A model generated the notes under the pieces. The model was not told the origin of the DNA, did no database searches, and saw nothing but the letters and a program-made list of their open reading frames with translations. 64,000 nt of DNA. Origin: Thermoproteota archaeon. GTDB lineage: Archaea > Thermoproteota > Methanomethylicia > Methanomethylicales > Methanomethylicaceae. The translations under genes and the position numbers were made by a program. This document shows, piece by piece, positions 27,755 through 37,677 of this stretch (position 1 is its first letter; each line of letters begins with the position of its first letter). The DNA is taken from positions 43,884 through 107,883 of the forward strand of contig VGLU01000002.1 in NCBI GenBank assembly GCA_016882195.1. The letters run 5' to 3'.

Positions 27755-28316
27755 GCGGGAGCTCATGCGAAAGACCTTCCACATGAGCGGGGTTACCGTT
27801 CCTCTGGTTTACGTATTGTTCGGAAGAGAACTGGCAATTCTTTACACCTCTGCTGCCCTTATCGCCTTCGTAATGCTGGAGTTTGTGCGGACGAGGGCGC
27901 ATTCTTTGTTTCCTATGGTAAAGACCGCAGATCTTATTGCGAGGCAGAGCGAGAAGAACGCGCTTGCGGCATACGTATACTTTTGCATTGCGGCGGTAGT
28001 CTCAATCTTTTTCATGAGCAGATCGGCCGTTATTGTGGGTTTGACTGCCGCGCTCGCCAGCGACGCAGTTGCGGCAGTAGTGGGCGTGGGCGTTGGGATG
28101 CATCAGATCAAGCCTAAGAAGACTGTAGAGGGCACCTCTGCCGGATTTTTAACTTCTATGGCATTAGCGTATCTCTTAAATTGTAATTTTGTTACAGTGA
28201 TAGCAGTGGGACTGGTCTTTTTGATCTTTGATCTTGTGGAACTGGGCATTGATGATAACTTCACGATTCCATTAGCCATGGTGATCATAGTCCAAGTGGT
28301 CGAGGCGATCCTATGA
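27738..28316 (+). CDS. carS: CTP-transferase-family membrane protein, probably CDP-archaeol synthase (CarS).
   Basis: 192 aa polytopic membrane protein with the KTVEGTSAGF motif of the CDS/DolK/CarS family. Adjacent to GGGPS. Confidence 0.5.
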   Translation: MKERFKRELMRKTFHMSGVTVPLVYVLFGRELAILYTSAALIAFVMLEFVRTRAHSLFPMVKTADLIARQSEKNALAAYVYFCIAAVVSIFFMSRSAVIVGLTAALASDAVAAVVGVGVGMHQIKPKKTVEGTSAGFLTSMALAYLLNCNFVTVIAVGLVFLIFDLVELGIDDNFTIPLAMVIIVQVVEAIL

Positions 28317-31300
28317 TAGCGGATCCCGCTGTGCAGAAGTACTTCAAGAACCTTGAAGAGACAATCACCGATCTCTACAGGATTGCTGATAATGCGCACT
28401 CGAAGGGTCTGGACCCGCTGGACAAGACGGAGATCTATAAGGCGCAAGACCTGGCTGCAAGGGTCGAGGGACTGATAGGGGTGCCAAGGGTCGCGGAGAG
28501 GATCCGTGAGTTAGCTGCACAGTTCTCTCGTGAGGATACTTCGTTTAAGATCATTGAAGAAATAATAAATGGCAAGTTTGGCAAATACGACGATAAGACT
28601 GGTGCTGAAAAGGCGTTGAGAACAGCGCTGGCGATAATGACTGAGGGCATAACGGCTGCCCCGCTACAAGGGATAGACAAGGTAGAGATCAAGACCAATC
28701 CCGACCGGAGCAGATACCTCGCCGTACACTATGCTGGACCCATGAGGTCCGCTGGAGGGACTGAACAGGCTTTAACCGTCCTCTTTGCCGATTACATACG
28801 GATACTGCTACACCTCGACAGATACAAGATCACTGAACAAGAGGTCGGCAGGTTTATCGAGGAGCTAAGGCTGTACGAGAGGAAAGTTACCAGATTTCAA
28901 TACCACCCTACGGACGAGGACCTCCGTAGAATACTTCAGTATGCACCGATCGAGGTGACCGGTCCGCCCACTGACAACTACCAGGTATCGGTCTATAGGA
29001 ATCTGGACAGGATCGAAACCAACAGCGTTAGGGGCGGAGCGCTTAGAGTAATAAATGATGGAGTCTACGGGAAGGCAGCGAAGCTGAAGAAGATAGTGGA
29101 GAAGGTTGGCATCTCTGATTGGGACTGGCTCAAGGTCAAAAAGGAAGAGAATGAAGAGAGCATTACGGCAAAAATCTCCCCTGATATAAAATATCTCGTT
29201 GATGTGGTCGGCGGGAGACCCATATTCGCCCATCCATCGGTCCCCGGGGGGTTCAGGCTGCGTTATGGTAGGGCGAGGAATACCGGTCTGGCAGCGGTAG
29301 GCATACACCCTGCAACCATGGTCATACTTGACAGTTTCATAGCGGTCGGCACGCAGCTGAGGGTGGAGAGGCCCGGCAAGAGCTCGACCATAACGCCTGT
29401 GGATACCATAGAGGGGCCGATCGTTAAGTTGAAGAACGGAGACGTATTGAGGATTGAGGACGAGGTCACGGCGGAGAAAGTCAGAGCTGACGTTGAGGAG
29501 ATCCTTTTCCTAGGCGACATGGTTGTTTCCGTCGGCGAGTTTCTCGAAAACAATCACAGGCTGATGCCGGCGGGCTACTGCGAGGAGATTTGGGCCGCCG
29601 AGTTCAGAAAGGTTATGGATGAAAAATTTGAGAATCGCTATGATATTTTGGCAGATAAAGTTGATTTAAGGGTTGAGAGGCTGCAGGATTTTGTCGAAAG
29701 TCCTTTAGTGGTGAAACCGACTCCTGAGGAGGCATTAAGCATATCGAATTTGCTGTCCATCCCTCTTCACCCAAGGTACACCTACTTCTGGGAGAATATC
29801 AGTGTGGAGGAGATCATGATCCTGCAGGAATGGTTGATAGAGCCGCTTAAGGGATGGAGGGGAGGAGAGCTTGAGGTCCCTCTGAAGAGCCCCGTGCCGA
29901 AGAAGATCTTGGAGAAGGTTGGCGCGCCGCACAGGTTTGTTAATGGCGCCGTGGTATTTGAGGATGCACCGATAATCAATGCGCTGTTTTCCCCTACGAA
30001 ATGCAGGAAGGGATCCCTGGAAGACGACCCTGTCAAGTTCCTTAGCGAATTCGCCTGCATAAAGATCAAGCCTAAGGGCAGGTCCTTCGTCGGGGCCAGG
30101 ATGGGAAGACCGGAAAAGGCGAGGGAGAGAGTCATGCGCCCCCCCATTCATATGCTCTTTCCGGTGAATCTAGCCGGTGGTTCCCAACGGGATCTAACGA
30201 AGGCTGCTAAGAAGGGGAGCTTCGAGGCATCCATACTACTTAAGCAGTGTACCATATGTAACGCGATTACCTACGAGAATGTGTGCAGAAAATGCGGAAA
30301 TAGAACCGTACAGATCTATAACTGCCCTAAATGCGACACTTACGCGAGCGCCCAAGGTCTGTGCCCGAAGTGTGGCACCCAGATGATGCCGTACAAAAAC
30401 CGCTTAGTCTCAATAGAGAACTACGAGGGCTTGCTCAGTAAGTTCGGATTGTTAAAGGATCAAACGGTTAAGGGCGTAAGAGGACTCTCGAACCCAACGA
30501 AGGTTCCAGAAGCCCTTGAGAAGGGGATCCTTAGGAGCAAGCATAAGGTGTTCGTCTACAAGGACGGGACGGTCCGATTTGATATAACCAATGCCCCCCT
30601 TACCCACTTCAAGCCATCTGAGATCAGGACAAGTCTAGAGAAGCTGAAGGAACTTGGCTATGATAAGGATTATAGGGGCAAGGACTTGACCGACCCGAAC
30701 CAGCTCGTAGAACTCAAAGTTCAGGACATCATAGTGCCTGAAGCTTGTGGGAGGTATCTCTACAGGGTCTCCAAATACACAGACGAACTGCTTACCAAGG
30801 TATACCAAATGAAACCCTACTACAGCCTAAGAACCCATGACGATCTTGTTGGTCAGCTGGTCATTGGACTCGCCCCACATACCTCTGCGGGCATTACTGG
30901 TAGGATAATCGGCTTTACGAAGGCCTCTGTATGCTACGCACATCCGTTCTGGCACGCCGCAAAGAGAAGAAATTGCGATGGCGACGAGGATGCGGTTATG
31001 CTGGCTCTGGAGGCTCTGATCGACTTCTCTAAGGCATACCTCCCGGAGAAAATTGGAGGGCTGATGGACGCTCCTCTTGTGATGACAACCATAATAGATC
31101 CCTCTGAGGTCGATGATGAGTGCCATAACATGGAGACCGTTGAGCGGTTACCCTTGGAGTTTTATGCTCTCGGTGAGGATTACAAAGAACCAAAAGAAGC
31201 TTTAAAGGTAATACAGATCATGAAAAACAGGTTAGGAAAGACGGAACAGTACACTAACTTTTCCTTTGTAATATTCACCCAAGGTGTAGATAGAGGGCCT

Positions 31301-31735
31301 CTGACCACCGCATACGACAGGCTCAAGACCATGATGGACAAGGTCAAGAGGCAACTTCAGTTAGCCAACAAGATCAAGGCGGTGAACAGCAAGGACGTGG
31401 CTGAGAGGTTGTTGAAGCACCACTTCATACCCGACCTGGCGGGGAACATGAGAGCATTCTCAACCCAGACGTTCAGGTGTACAAAGTGCGGATCAAAATA
31501 CAGGAGGGTTCCGTTAAAGGGGGTTTGCATGAAATGCAATGGTAACCTGATACTCACAGTTCATGAGGGCAACATAAACAAGTATTTAGAAGCAGCTTTT
31601 GCCCTGAGCAAAGAATACGAGCTGGGGGCCTTCATAGATCAACAGATTAGCCTGATCGAGAAAGGCCTGAGGATGCTCATTCCGCCGAAGAAGAAGGAGA
31701 ATATGGAGCTAGGGCAGTTCATTGAATCAAAGTGA
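28313..31735 (+). CDS. polD2: DNA polymerase II (PolD) large catalytic subunit DP2.
   Basis: 1140 aa. Conserved PolD DP2 regions and C-terminal zinc fingers (CTKCGSKYRRVPLKGVCMKCNGNL). No intein. Confidence 0.9.
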   Translation: MIADPAVQKYFKNLEETITDLYRIADNAHSKGLDPLDKTEIYKAQDLAARVEGLIGVPRVAERIRELAAQFSREDTSFKIIEEIINGKFGKYDDKTGAEKALRTALAIMTEGITAAPLQGIDKVEIKTNPDRSRYLAVHYAGPMRSAGGTEQALTVLFADYIRILLHLDRYKITEQEVGRFIEELRLYERKVTRFQYHPTDEDLRRILQYAPIEVTGPPTDNYQVSVYRNLDRIETNSVRGGALRVINDGVYGKAAKLKKIVEKVGISDWDWLKVKKEENEESITAKISPDIKYLVDVVGGRPIFAHPSVPGGFRLRYGRARNTGLAAVGIHPATMVILDSFIAVGTQLRVERPGKSSTITPVDTIEGPIVKLKNGDVLRIEDEVTAEKVRADVEEILFLGDMVVSVGEFLENNHRLMPAGYCEEIWAAEFRKVMDEKFENRYDILADKVDLRVERLQDFVESPLVVKPTPEEALSISNLLSIPLHPRYTYFWENISVEEIMILQEWLIEPLKGWRGGELEVPLKSPVPKKILEKVGAPHRFVNGAVVFEDAPIINALFSPTKCRKGSLEDDPVKFLSEFACIKIKPKGRSFVGARMGRPEKARERVMRPPIHMLFPVNLAGGSQRDLTKAAKKGSFEASILLKQCTICNAITYENVCRKCGNRTVQIYNCPKCDTYASAQGLCPKCGTQMMPYKNRLVSIENYEGLLSKFGLLKDQTVKGVRGLSNPTKVPEALEKGILRSKHKVFVYKDGTVRFDITNAPLTHFKPSEIRTSLEKLKELGYDKDYRGKDLTDPNQLVELKVQDIIVPEACGRYLYRVSKYTDELLTKVYQMKPYYSLRTHDDLVGQLVIGLAPHTSAGITGRIIGFTKASVCYAHPFWHAAKRRNCDGDEDAVMLALEALIDFSKAYLPEKIGGLMDAPLVMTTIIDPSEVDDECHNMETVERLPLEFYALGEDYKEPKEALKVIQIMKNRLGKTEQYTNFSFVIFTQGVDRGPLTTAYDRLKTMMDKVKRQLQLANKIKAVNSKDVAERLLKHHFIPDLAGNMRAFSTQTFRCTKCGSKYRRVPLKGVCMKCNGNLILTVHEGNINKYLEAAFALSKEYELGAFIDQQISLIEKGLRMLIPPKKKENMELGQFIESK

Positions 31736-32560
31736 TTTTATCAGATCGATGTCGTAGATCATGCCTATTATTTCATCCTTTGCGTTTGTTACTGGTAGCT
31801 GATCGATGTCGAACTTCTGCATTTTGCTGGCGCACTCTGTTATGGAGGCGGTCTCACTGATAGTTATGCAGGGGGCAGACATTACCTTGTGGAGGGGGAT
31901 ATTTGGAAGGGCTATCTTGCCTTTGGTGATGTAAAGAACCGAGGAGGTTTCCCAGTCCCATTCCTGGCTCTCAGAGCTGGATTTCAGGACAGATTTTCTC
32001 TCCTCTATATTGATCTCAACCAAGCGGATTAGGTCCGTGTTCGATACTATGCCTGCTACGTTCTCCTCATTGTCGATGACCAATGTAACGTACTCATTGG
32101 CCATGCGCATCATCTTGCTGGCTATATAGACCGGGGTATTGCCCCAACAACTGAATACAGTGCGCTTCATGAAGTCCTTTACTTTGGCGCTTGAACCTGA
32201 TGTCACAACGACTTTATGAACTATGTCGCCCACCGTTATTATACCCTGAAGTTCGTTGCCTGAAACGACGGGCAGACGTCGGTATCGTTTCTCTTTCATT
32301 AGCTTGAGACAGTCCTCGAAGGGGGTCTCCGGGGAAACCGTTACAACTTTGGTGCTCATTATCAGGGCCAACTGCTCTTCGTCCGAGTGTCGCAGGAGGT
32401 CCTCCCTTGTTATGATTCCAATCAGGTTCTTAGTTCCCTTCTTCACGACGGGTATGCCAGAGATCTTCTTCTCCTGAAGTGTCTTGAGGACCTGCTCTCT
32501 GCTGCCTGGAACCTCCGCGTAGAACACCTTGTGGTTCATCAGATCTTTTACTGTTGCCAT
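31727..32560 (-). CDS. CBS-domain protein with four CBS domains.
   Basis: 277 aa of repeated CBS motifs. Confidence 0.8.
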   Translation of the reverse strand: MATVKDLMNHKVFYAEVPGSREQVLKTLQEKKISGIPVVKKGTKNLIGIITREDLLRHSDEEQLALIMSTKVVTVSPETPFEDCLKLMKEKRYRRLPVVSGNELQGIITVGDIVHKVVVTSGSSAKVKDFMKRTVFSCWGNTPVYIASKMMRMANEYVTLVIDNEENVAGIVSNTDLIRLVEINIEERKSVLKSSSESQEWDWETSSVLYITKGKIALPNIPLHKVMSAPCITISETASITECASKMQKFDIDQLPVTNAKDEIIGMIYDIDLIKSL

Positions 32561-32569
32561 TTTATCACC

Positions 32570-32857
32570 TCATTTATCGCAAATACAGGGTGCCTTCTTA
32601 CAGCTCGGGCAGACTGAGTCGTACTTCTCCTTGAAGGACTCGCTAACATCTACGTCCAGAACGTTAGCCAAAGAGAGGAGCCATGCCAGAACGTCGGCAA
32701 ACTCACCCCGTATATTAGAGACATCTCTCTTACGCACGGCTTCAGACAGTTCTCCTATCTCTTCGACCAGCCACATAAAGGTGCCTTCTGCACCGCGCCT
32801 TCTATCACGCTCGCCGTAGAGCCTTAGCATCAACTGCTGGGCATTTTTTAGTTCCAT
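32570..32857 (-). CDS. MazG-like nucleotide pyrophosphohydrolase domain protein with C-terminal Cys cluster.
   Basis: 95 aa. EEIGELSEAV...EFADVLAWLLSLAN is the MazG EExxE signature. C-terminal CPSCKKAPCIC. Confidence 0.55.
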   Translation of the reverse strand: MELKNAQQLMLRLYGERDRRRGAEGTFMWLVEEIGELSEAVRKRDVSNIRGEFADVLAWLLSLANVLDVDVSESFKEKYDSVCPSCKKAPCICDK

Positions 32858-32868
32858 CGGTTAACCAA

Positions 32869-34197
32869 CTACCTTATCTTTACATACTCGTAGGCATCAT
32901 GCACCGAGGAGAAGCAGTATTTCACTTTCTGGAAGTCTTTGCGTAATTCAGCGATCTCCGCCTTTACCTTCACCGGATCCTCGTTGTCAACTATGACCTT
33001 CTTCATGAGTTCGGCTACCTCTACCATATGAGACTTGTTCATCCCGAGGTGGGTGAGTTCTTGGGTGCCAATCCTGATCCCGCCAGGCGCCTTGTAGTCC
33101 CTACCCATCCGCTTATCGTACGGCAGGAGGTTTCTGTTCACAATTATGTTGGCGTCCTCCAGCCTCTTCTCAATCTCGAAGCCGTTCCCGTACTTTGTAA
33201 CATCAATTATCATCATGTGCGACTCCGTGAACCCCTTCTTCTCATAGAGGACGTTGATCCCACGCTCGTATAACGCCTGGGCCAGCGCCTTGGAGTTTAT
33301 CACTATATTCCTAGCGTACTCCGGGTAGAACTCAAGCGCCTCAGCGAATGCAATCGCTACCCCGGCCACCGCATGAAGATGGTGGTTGCTGGACAGCCCA
33401 GGGAAGACTGCGCGCTTGATTGGTTCCGCGTACTTCAACCACGAGGCGATCGCGCCGTGCTGCGGACCAGCCAGAGTCTTGTGGGTGCTCATCGTGAAGG
33501 CATCGACCCCATCGCCTATAGGATCCTGGAATATGCCACCGGCTATCAAGCCAGCCACGTGGGCGCCGTCGTAGACCACCTTGGCATCATAGGTCTTTGC
33601 TAGTTCGACTATCTCCTTGACCGGGTGTGGAAAGAGGAAGACGCTCGCGCCCAGTACGAATATCTTGGGAGGCTTCCCTTGATCTTTGAGGCTCCTCACC
33701 AACTGTGCCGTTTTGTCGACGTCTATCGTGAAGTTCTCCTCGTCGAAAGGATAATTGTAGACATCGAGGTCCCTTATGGCTCCGGCGGTCCCTCCCAGGG
33801 CCTTCTTTGAATGGCTTATGTGACCGCCCGTGGGGATGGTGCAGGATATCAGTACATCACTAGGGTTGGCGAAGACCGAGTACGCGGCCAAATTTGCGAA
33901 GACACCGGATACGGGCCTTACATCAATAAACTCCGCGTGAAACAGCTTTTTGCCAAGCTCTATGGCTACAGCCTCGACTTCGTCAAGGTGCTTACAACCA
34001 GCGTAAACCCTTTCACCTACCCATCCCTCCGCGTACCTATTTCCGAAGTCGCTTGCCATAGCCTCCCTAACCGCCGGACTTGGAACATTCTCGCTGGCGA
34101 TCAGGGGTAAGGACTTCTTTACCATCTCGTGATGGTTCTCCAAGCTCGTCAAGACACGATTGTAAGCGTCTCTGCCGCTGGAAAGTGAATTGACCAT
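32869..34197 (-). CDS. glyA: Serine hydroxymethyltransferase.
   Basis: 442 aa. PLP-lysine region STHKTLAGPQHG. Confidence 0.9.
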   Translation of the reverse strand: MVNSLSSGRDAYNRVLTSLENHHEMVKKSLPLIASENVPSPAVREAMASDFGNRYAEGWVGERVYAGCKHLDEVEAVAIELGKKLFHAEFIDVRPVSGVFANLAAYSVFANPSDVLISCTIPTGGHISHSKKALGGTAGAIRDLDVYNYPFDEENFTIDVDKTAQLVRSLKDQGKPPKIFVLGASVFLFPHPVKEIVELAKTYDAKVVYDGAHVAGLIAGGIFQDPIGDGVDAFTMSTHKTLAGPQHGAIASWLKYAEPIKRAVFPGLSSNHHLHAVAGVAIAFAEALEFYPEYARNIVINSKALAQALYERGINVLYEKKGFTESHMMIIDVTKYGNGFEIEKRLEDANIIVNRNLLPYDKRMGRDYKAPGGIRIGTQELTHLGMNKSHMVEVAELMKKVIVDNEDPVKVKAEIAELRKDFQKVKYCFSSVHDAYEYVKIR

Positions 34198-34306
34198 AAA
34201 CAGTCCTCCTTTAGATTAAACGCTAATAATATAGTATAAAGAAGGTAATATACATAATGCTTAAAAGAGGAGAACTCTTCATTGTAACAGGTTATAGGCG
34301 AACGCT

Positions 34307-34480
34307 ATGCCAAAGAGCGATAAGAAGAAAGAGGCACCAATGCCAATGACCGGCGCAGGATTAATCCGTTTCTTCGAAGACGAGACCCACGGGATTAAGA
34401 TAAAGCCTACATACGTTGTGGTAGGATCGGTCATAGTGATGATCACTGTCATCATGGCGCACGTATTGACCGGACTTTAA
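34307..34480 (+). CDS. secG: Preprotein translocase subunit Sec61-beta (SecG, archaeal). Shorter than the ORF-track cutoff.
   Basis: 57 aa: MPKSDKKKEAPMPMTGAGLIRFFEDETHGIKIKPTYVVVGSVIVMITVIMAHVLTGL. Conserved GLIRFFEDE..GIKI motif plus a single C-terminal TM helix. Confidence 0.55.
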   Translation: MPKSDKKKEAPMPMTGAGLIRFFEDETHGIKIKPTYVVVGSVIVMITVIMAHVLTGL

Positions 34481-34485
34481 GGTTA

Positions 34486-35475
34486 TCAGAGAGGCTCGGC
34501 CTCTATACCTTTTCTTTTGAGTTTGTTTGCAAAATCCTCGGCGTAGCCATGAATCGTGAAGACTTTTTTAGGCTTGCATGCCTTTACGAAACCCATCAGC
34601 TGGTCATAATCAGCATGACTGCTCAGAACGAATGCATCGTCAGCGCTACGCCTCCCAAAGCTCAAAGCCCAGCCCGTTACGATTGCCACCCGGGCATACC
34701 GATAGACCATCTTTAGAGTTCCAGGATGGTATGACGTCGGGAAGAGGCAGACGCAGCTCTTACTCCTGATGAGCTCCTCCCCCTCCCTCGAGAGGTCGTA
34801 ATAGGTAAGATCCCCACCAAAGGCGTTTACTGTCGAGTTCGTCTTGGTAATAGAGGGATGGGTAACCACGGGAATTGATGTGTAGAGGTTGAAGAGCTTG
34901 GTAAGCTCCTGAGCCTTGCCTACTGGATAGGCGAGGATGCATGGGAGATCCCCGTCCATTATCGTCTTGGCTGCCCAATCAACTATGCTGTCGTAGACCT
35001 CCTCCCTTGGAGGAAATAAAAAGTTGGGTCTTCCGTACGTGGTTTCCACGACCATAATGTCGCATTCTTGGGGGGTTATCGCCTTCTGGGTCAGTGTATC
35101 GGTAAAGTTGAAGTCCCCCGTGTAAAAAAAAGTCACACCCTTCTCGTTTAGAAGGAGGCTACCAGAGCCGAAGACGTGGCCGGAGTTGATGATCTTTAGC
35201 TCACTCTGATGGAGTTTCAGTGGTTTACCATAGGCGCATGATACGGCATTTTTGACCTTTTTTTCGGTTATCGCCTCGAAGAGGGCGATGGTTTCCTTGG
35301 TGGAATACTTGGTTTTCTTGGTGTCAATGAAGGCGCCGGTATGGTCCCTGTGGGCATGGGAGATGAAGGCGCAGTCGGCTGAGCCGATGTGGTTGATGGG
35401 ATCCAAGATTAATTTGGAGCTTTCAGTCTTCACGACAACGCCGCTTTCCCAAGATACGCGAACCACCGAGTGCAC
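34486..35475 (-). CDS. Metallo-beta-lactamase-fold hydrolase (beta-CASP-like nuclease family).
   Basis: 329 aa. HxHxDH motif (ISHAHRDHTG) and downstream His/Asp motifs. Confidence 0.6.
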   Translation of the reverse strand: MHSVVRVSWESGVVVKTESSKLILDPINHIGSADCAFISHAHRDHTGAFIDTKKTKYSTKETIALFEAITEKKVKNAVSCAYGKPLKLHQSELKIINSGHVFGSGSLLLNEKGVTFFYTGDFNFTDTLTQKAITPQECDIMVVETTYGRPNFLFPPREEVYDSIVDWAAKTIMDGDLPCILAYPVGKAQELTKLFNLYTSIPVVTHPSITKTNSTVNAFGGDLTYYDLSREGEELIRSKSCVCLFPTSYHPGTLKMVYRYARVAIVTGWALSFGRRSADDAFVLSSHADYDQLMGFVKACKPKKVFTIHGYAEDFANKLKRKGIEAEPL

Positions 35476-35544
35476 CTATCACTATGAAGGATATAGGGGG
35501 TTAAAAATGGTTACCACCACATAAGTTTTTAACTTTTCACCGTA

Positions 35545-37374
35545 TTGATGATACTGGGATGGGAGTTAGTGGCATCCGCCGAGAAGCTAGCCAAGAAGTA
35601 CAGCAACCTGTTCAGCTTGCCGAGTAAGGGAGTTCTCATTGCCGAGCTGTTTTTACTTGGCACTATTGTCGGATTGATAGCGTATGCCATTACGCCGGAT
35701 TCTCAAGGACCTCTCTTCGGCATAGCTGATGGCTTTGTCTCCCTTGCATTCGGTAGCCTGCTCTGCACATTCATGATCCACAAGGTTATCGGGAATGGCA
35801 TCCTGACCTTTAGGAGGATCTCAGCCCTTACAGGCTTCGGTATAGCCCTCATCGGACTTGGCCTGATAGCCTCGGCTATTGCCTCCAGAGTCCTCGCAGA
35901 TCCGACTATCCTTGAGCGGACCTATTTCATCGCATGTGGCATTATAGTGGCTTATGGGTACATAGTCCTAGGGGTAACCACGGAACTGAGGCAAAAATGG
36001 CTTTTCATATCGAGTTTACTTCAGCCAGTAACAATTTTGATAATACATTCAATATTAATATACGTGTCAGGGTTTATTTCCATAATAAATATTTTTACAT
36101 ATTCGATGGCTTTTATACTAATAGCGATTATTTCGTACGCACTCGGGAGATGGTATTACTCCTCGATAGAGAACGTGGGCAAGGAGATCCTAGGCTACGG
36201 GAGCCTCGCGCTGTTTAGGGCCTTCATCGACGCCCTTATGCTTGACAGGACGGGGCTTTTGGAGAAGATGCTCAAGATTCTGGCCGTACGCGGTGATGTT
36301 GAGGTGAGGACCCTAAGCTTCAGCGGTAGTGGAACGAAGGGGGTAGTTGTGGCACCCATGATACACCCGGGCCCCTTCAGGGACTTGGGGAGTAGCACTC
36401 TGCCAACGCGGATAGCTCAAACCTTCTTGGACAAGCACGTGATGCCGATGGTCTTCCATACACCGACGACGCATGAGAAGGATTTGGTGCTGGCGAAGGA
36501 CTGTGAGCGGGTTATTCAGAGGATTTTATCGGTCGAAGGGGATGGAGGCATACCAACAGCCACGCAGGCCATGGTGAGAAAGAGGGGTGCCGTCACAGTA
36601 ACCTGTCAGATTTTCGATAAAACACCATTAGTTGTGATTACAAGGTCACCATTACCGACCGAGGATTTACCAGATCGCATACACGAGGTCTGCATGGAAA
36701 AAATACTGGAAAATGGGTACTCTGATGGTGTTGTGGTGGATGCCCATAACGCTATGGACACGACCTATACGGAGTTCAGCGAACAGGATGAGAGAGATCT
36801 CGTTGAAGCGATGGTGGAAGCGCTTCGGGAAGCAGGTAGAAATGGAGAATCCAAGGTATTTGCCGGCTTTGCGAACGACAAGGTTGAACACTATTCGAAG
36901 GGAGAGGGCATAGGGGACGCGGGAATCATGGCCCTAGTCACTGAAGTTGACGGGCAGAAGGCGGCTTATGTCGCCCTTGATGGAAATAACATGGTCGTCG
37001 GACTTAGAGAGAAGATTCAATCGGTATTGAGAAAGGCTGGCTTTGACCCTGTAGAGGTTACTACGACGGATACACATATTGTTGTAGCTCTGAAGGCTGG
37101 CGAGGGGTACGCTCCACTTGGTAAAGCCATACCTGAAGGGGTTTTAATCGAAAAAATCCTAGAAACCGTAAGGGAGGCAGACTCTAAAAAAGCCGAGTGT
37201 TTGGTGAAGTTTTCTAAAACAAAGGTGGAGGATGTATACCTCCTTGGGGATAAAGGCATAGAGGATCTCTGGCATATTACCCATGAAACTATCAAGGCAG
37301 CAAAAAGGAAGATCATGGTGCTGATAGCGGCGTTAATCGCGGCCGGCATCGTGGTTTATGCCGTAGTAAGGTAA
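35545..37374 (+). CDS. DUF2070-like archaeal membrane protein (N-terminal multi-TM region plus large soluble C-terminal domain and C-terminal TM anchor).
   Basis: 609 aa with the hydrophobic N-terminal third and a conserved soluble domain. Confidence 0.55.
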   Translation: MMILGWELVASAEKLAKKYSNLFSLPSKGVLIAELFLLGTIVGLIAYAITPDSQGPLFGIADGFVSLAFGSLLCTFMIHKVIGNGILTFRRISALTGFGIALIGLGLIASAIASRVLADPTILERTYFIACGIIVAYGYIVLGVTTELRQKWLFISSLLQPVTILIIHSILIYVSGFISIINIFTYSMAFILIAIISYALGRWYYSSIENVGKEILGYGSLALFRAFIDALMLDRTGLLEKMLKILAVRGDVEVRTLSFSGSGTKGVVVAPMIHPGPFRDLGSSTLPTRIAQTFLDKHVMPMVFHTPTTHEKDLVLAKDCERVIQRILSVEGDGGIPTATQAMVRKRGAVTVTCQIFDKTPLVVITRSPLPTEDLPDRIHEVCMEKILENGYSDGVVVDAHNAMDTTYTEFSEQDERDLVEAMVEALREAGRNGESKVFAGFANDKVEHYSKGEGIGDAGIMALVTEVDGQKAAYVALDGNNMVVGLREKIQSVLRKAGFDPVEVTTTDTHIVVALKAGEGYAPLGKAIPEGVLIEKILETVREADSKKAECLVKFSKTKVEDVYLLGDKGIEDLWHITHETIKAAKRKIMVLIAALIAAGIVVYAVVR

Positions 37375-37677
37375 TTATCACAGAGTTTTTCATGGGAAAA
37401 GTAATATCACGATTTCCATGTCAAATTATGGTTTTTCATCGGATTACCATCAGCTCATGATCGGACAATAATGGTAATTTTATGGTCATGCCCCCATGGT
37501 AGAGCATTAACATGGCTTTGATGGAAAGTTCGTGCAGGAGTATCATCGTTTTGTACAAAATTACCATCGGATCGAGAGGTTTAGTATACCATTTAAGGGT
37601 TTGTATGCAAAATGATGGTGATTTACAATAATAAACATGATTTATAATCACAGTGTGATGCGCAACTCAGTCACAGT

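Noticed and set aside
37436-37651. 71-aa ORF in the 37.4-kb intergenic region
   Set aside because: It is AT-rich with an odd composition and no start context. The region is better interpreted as a noncoding repeat-containing spacer.
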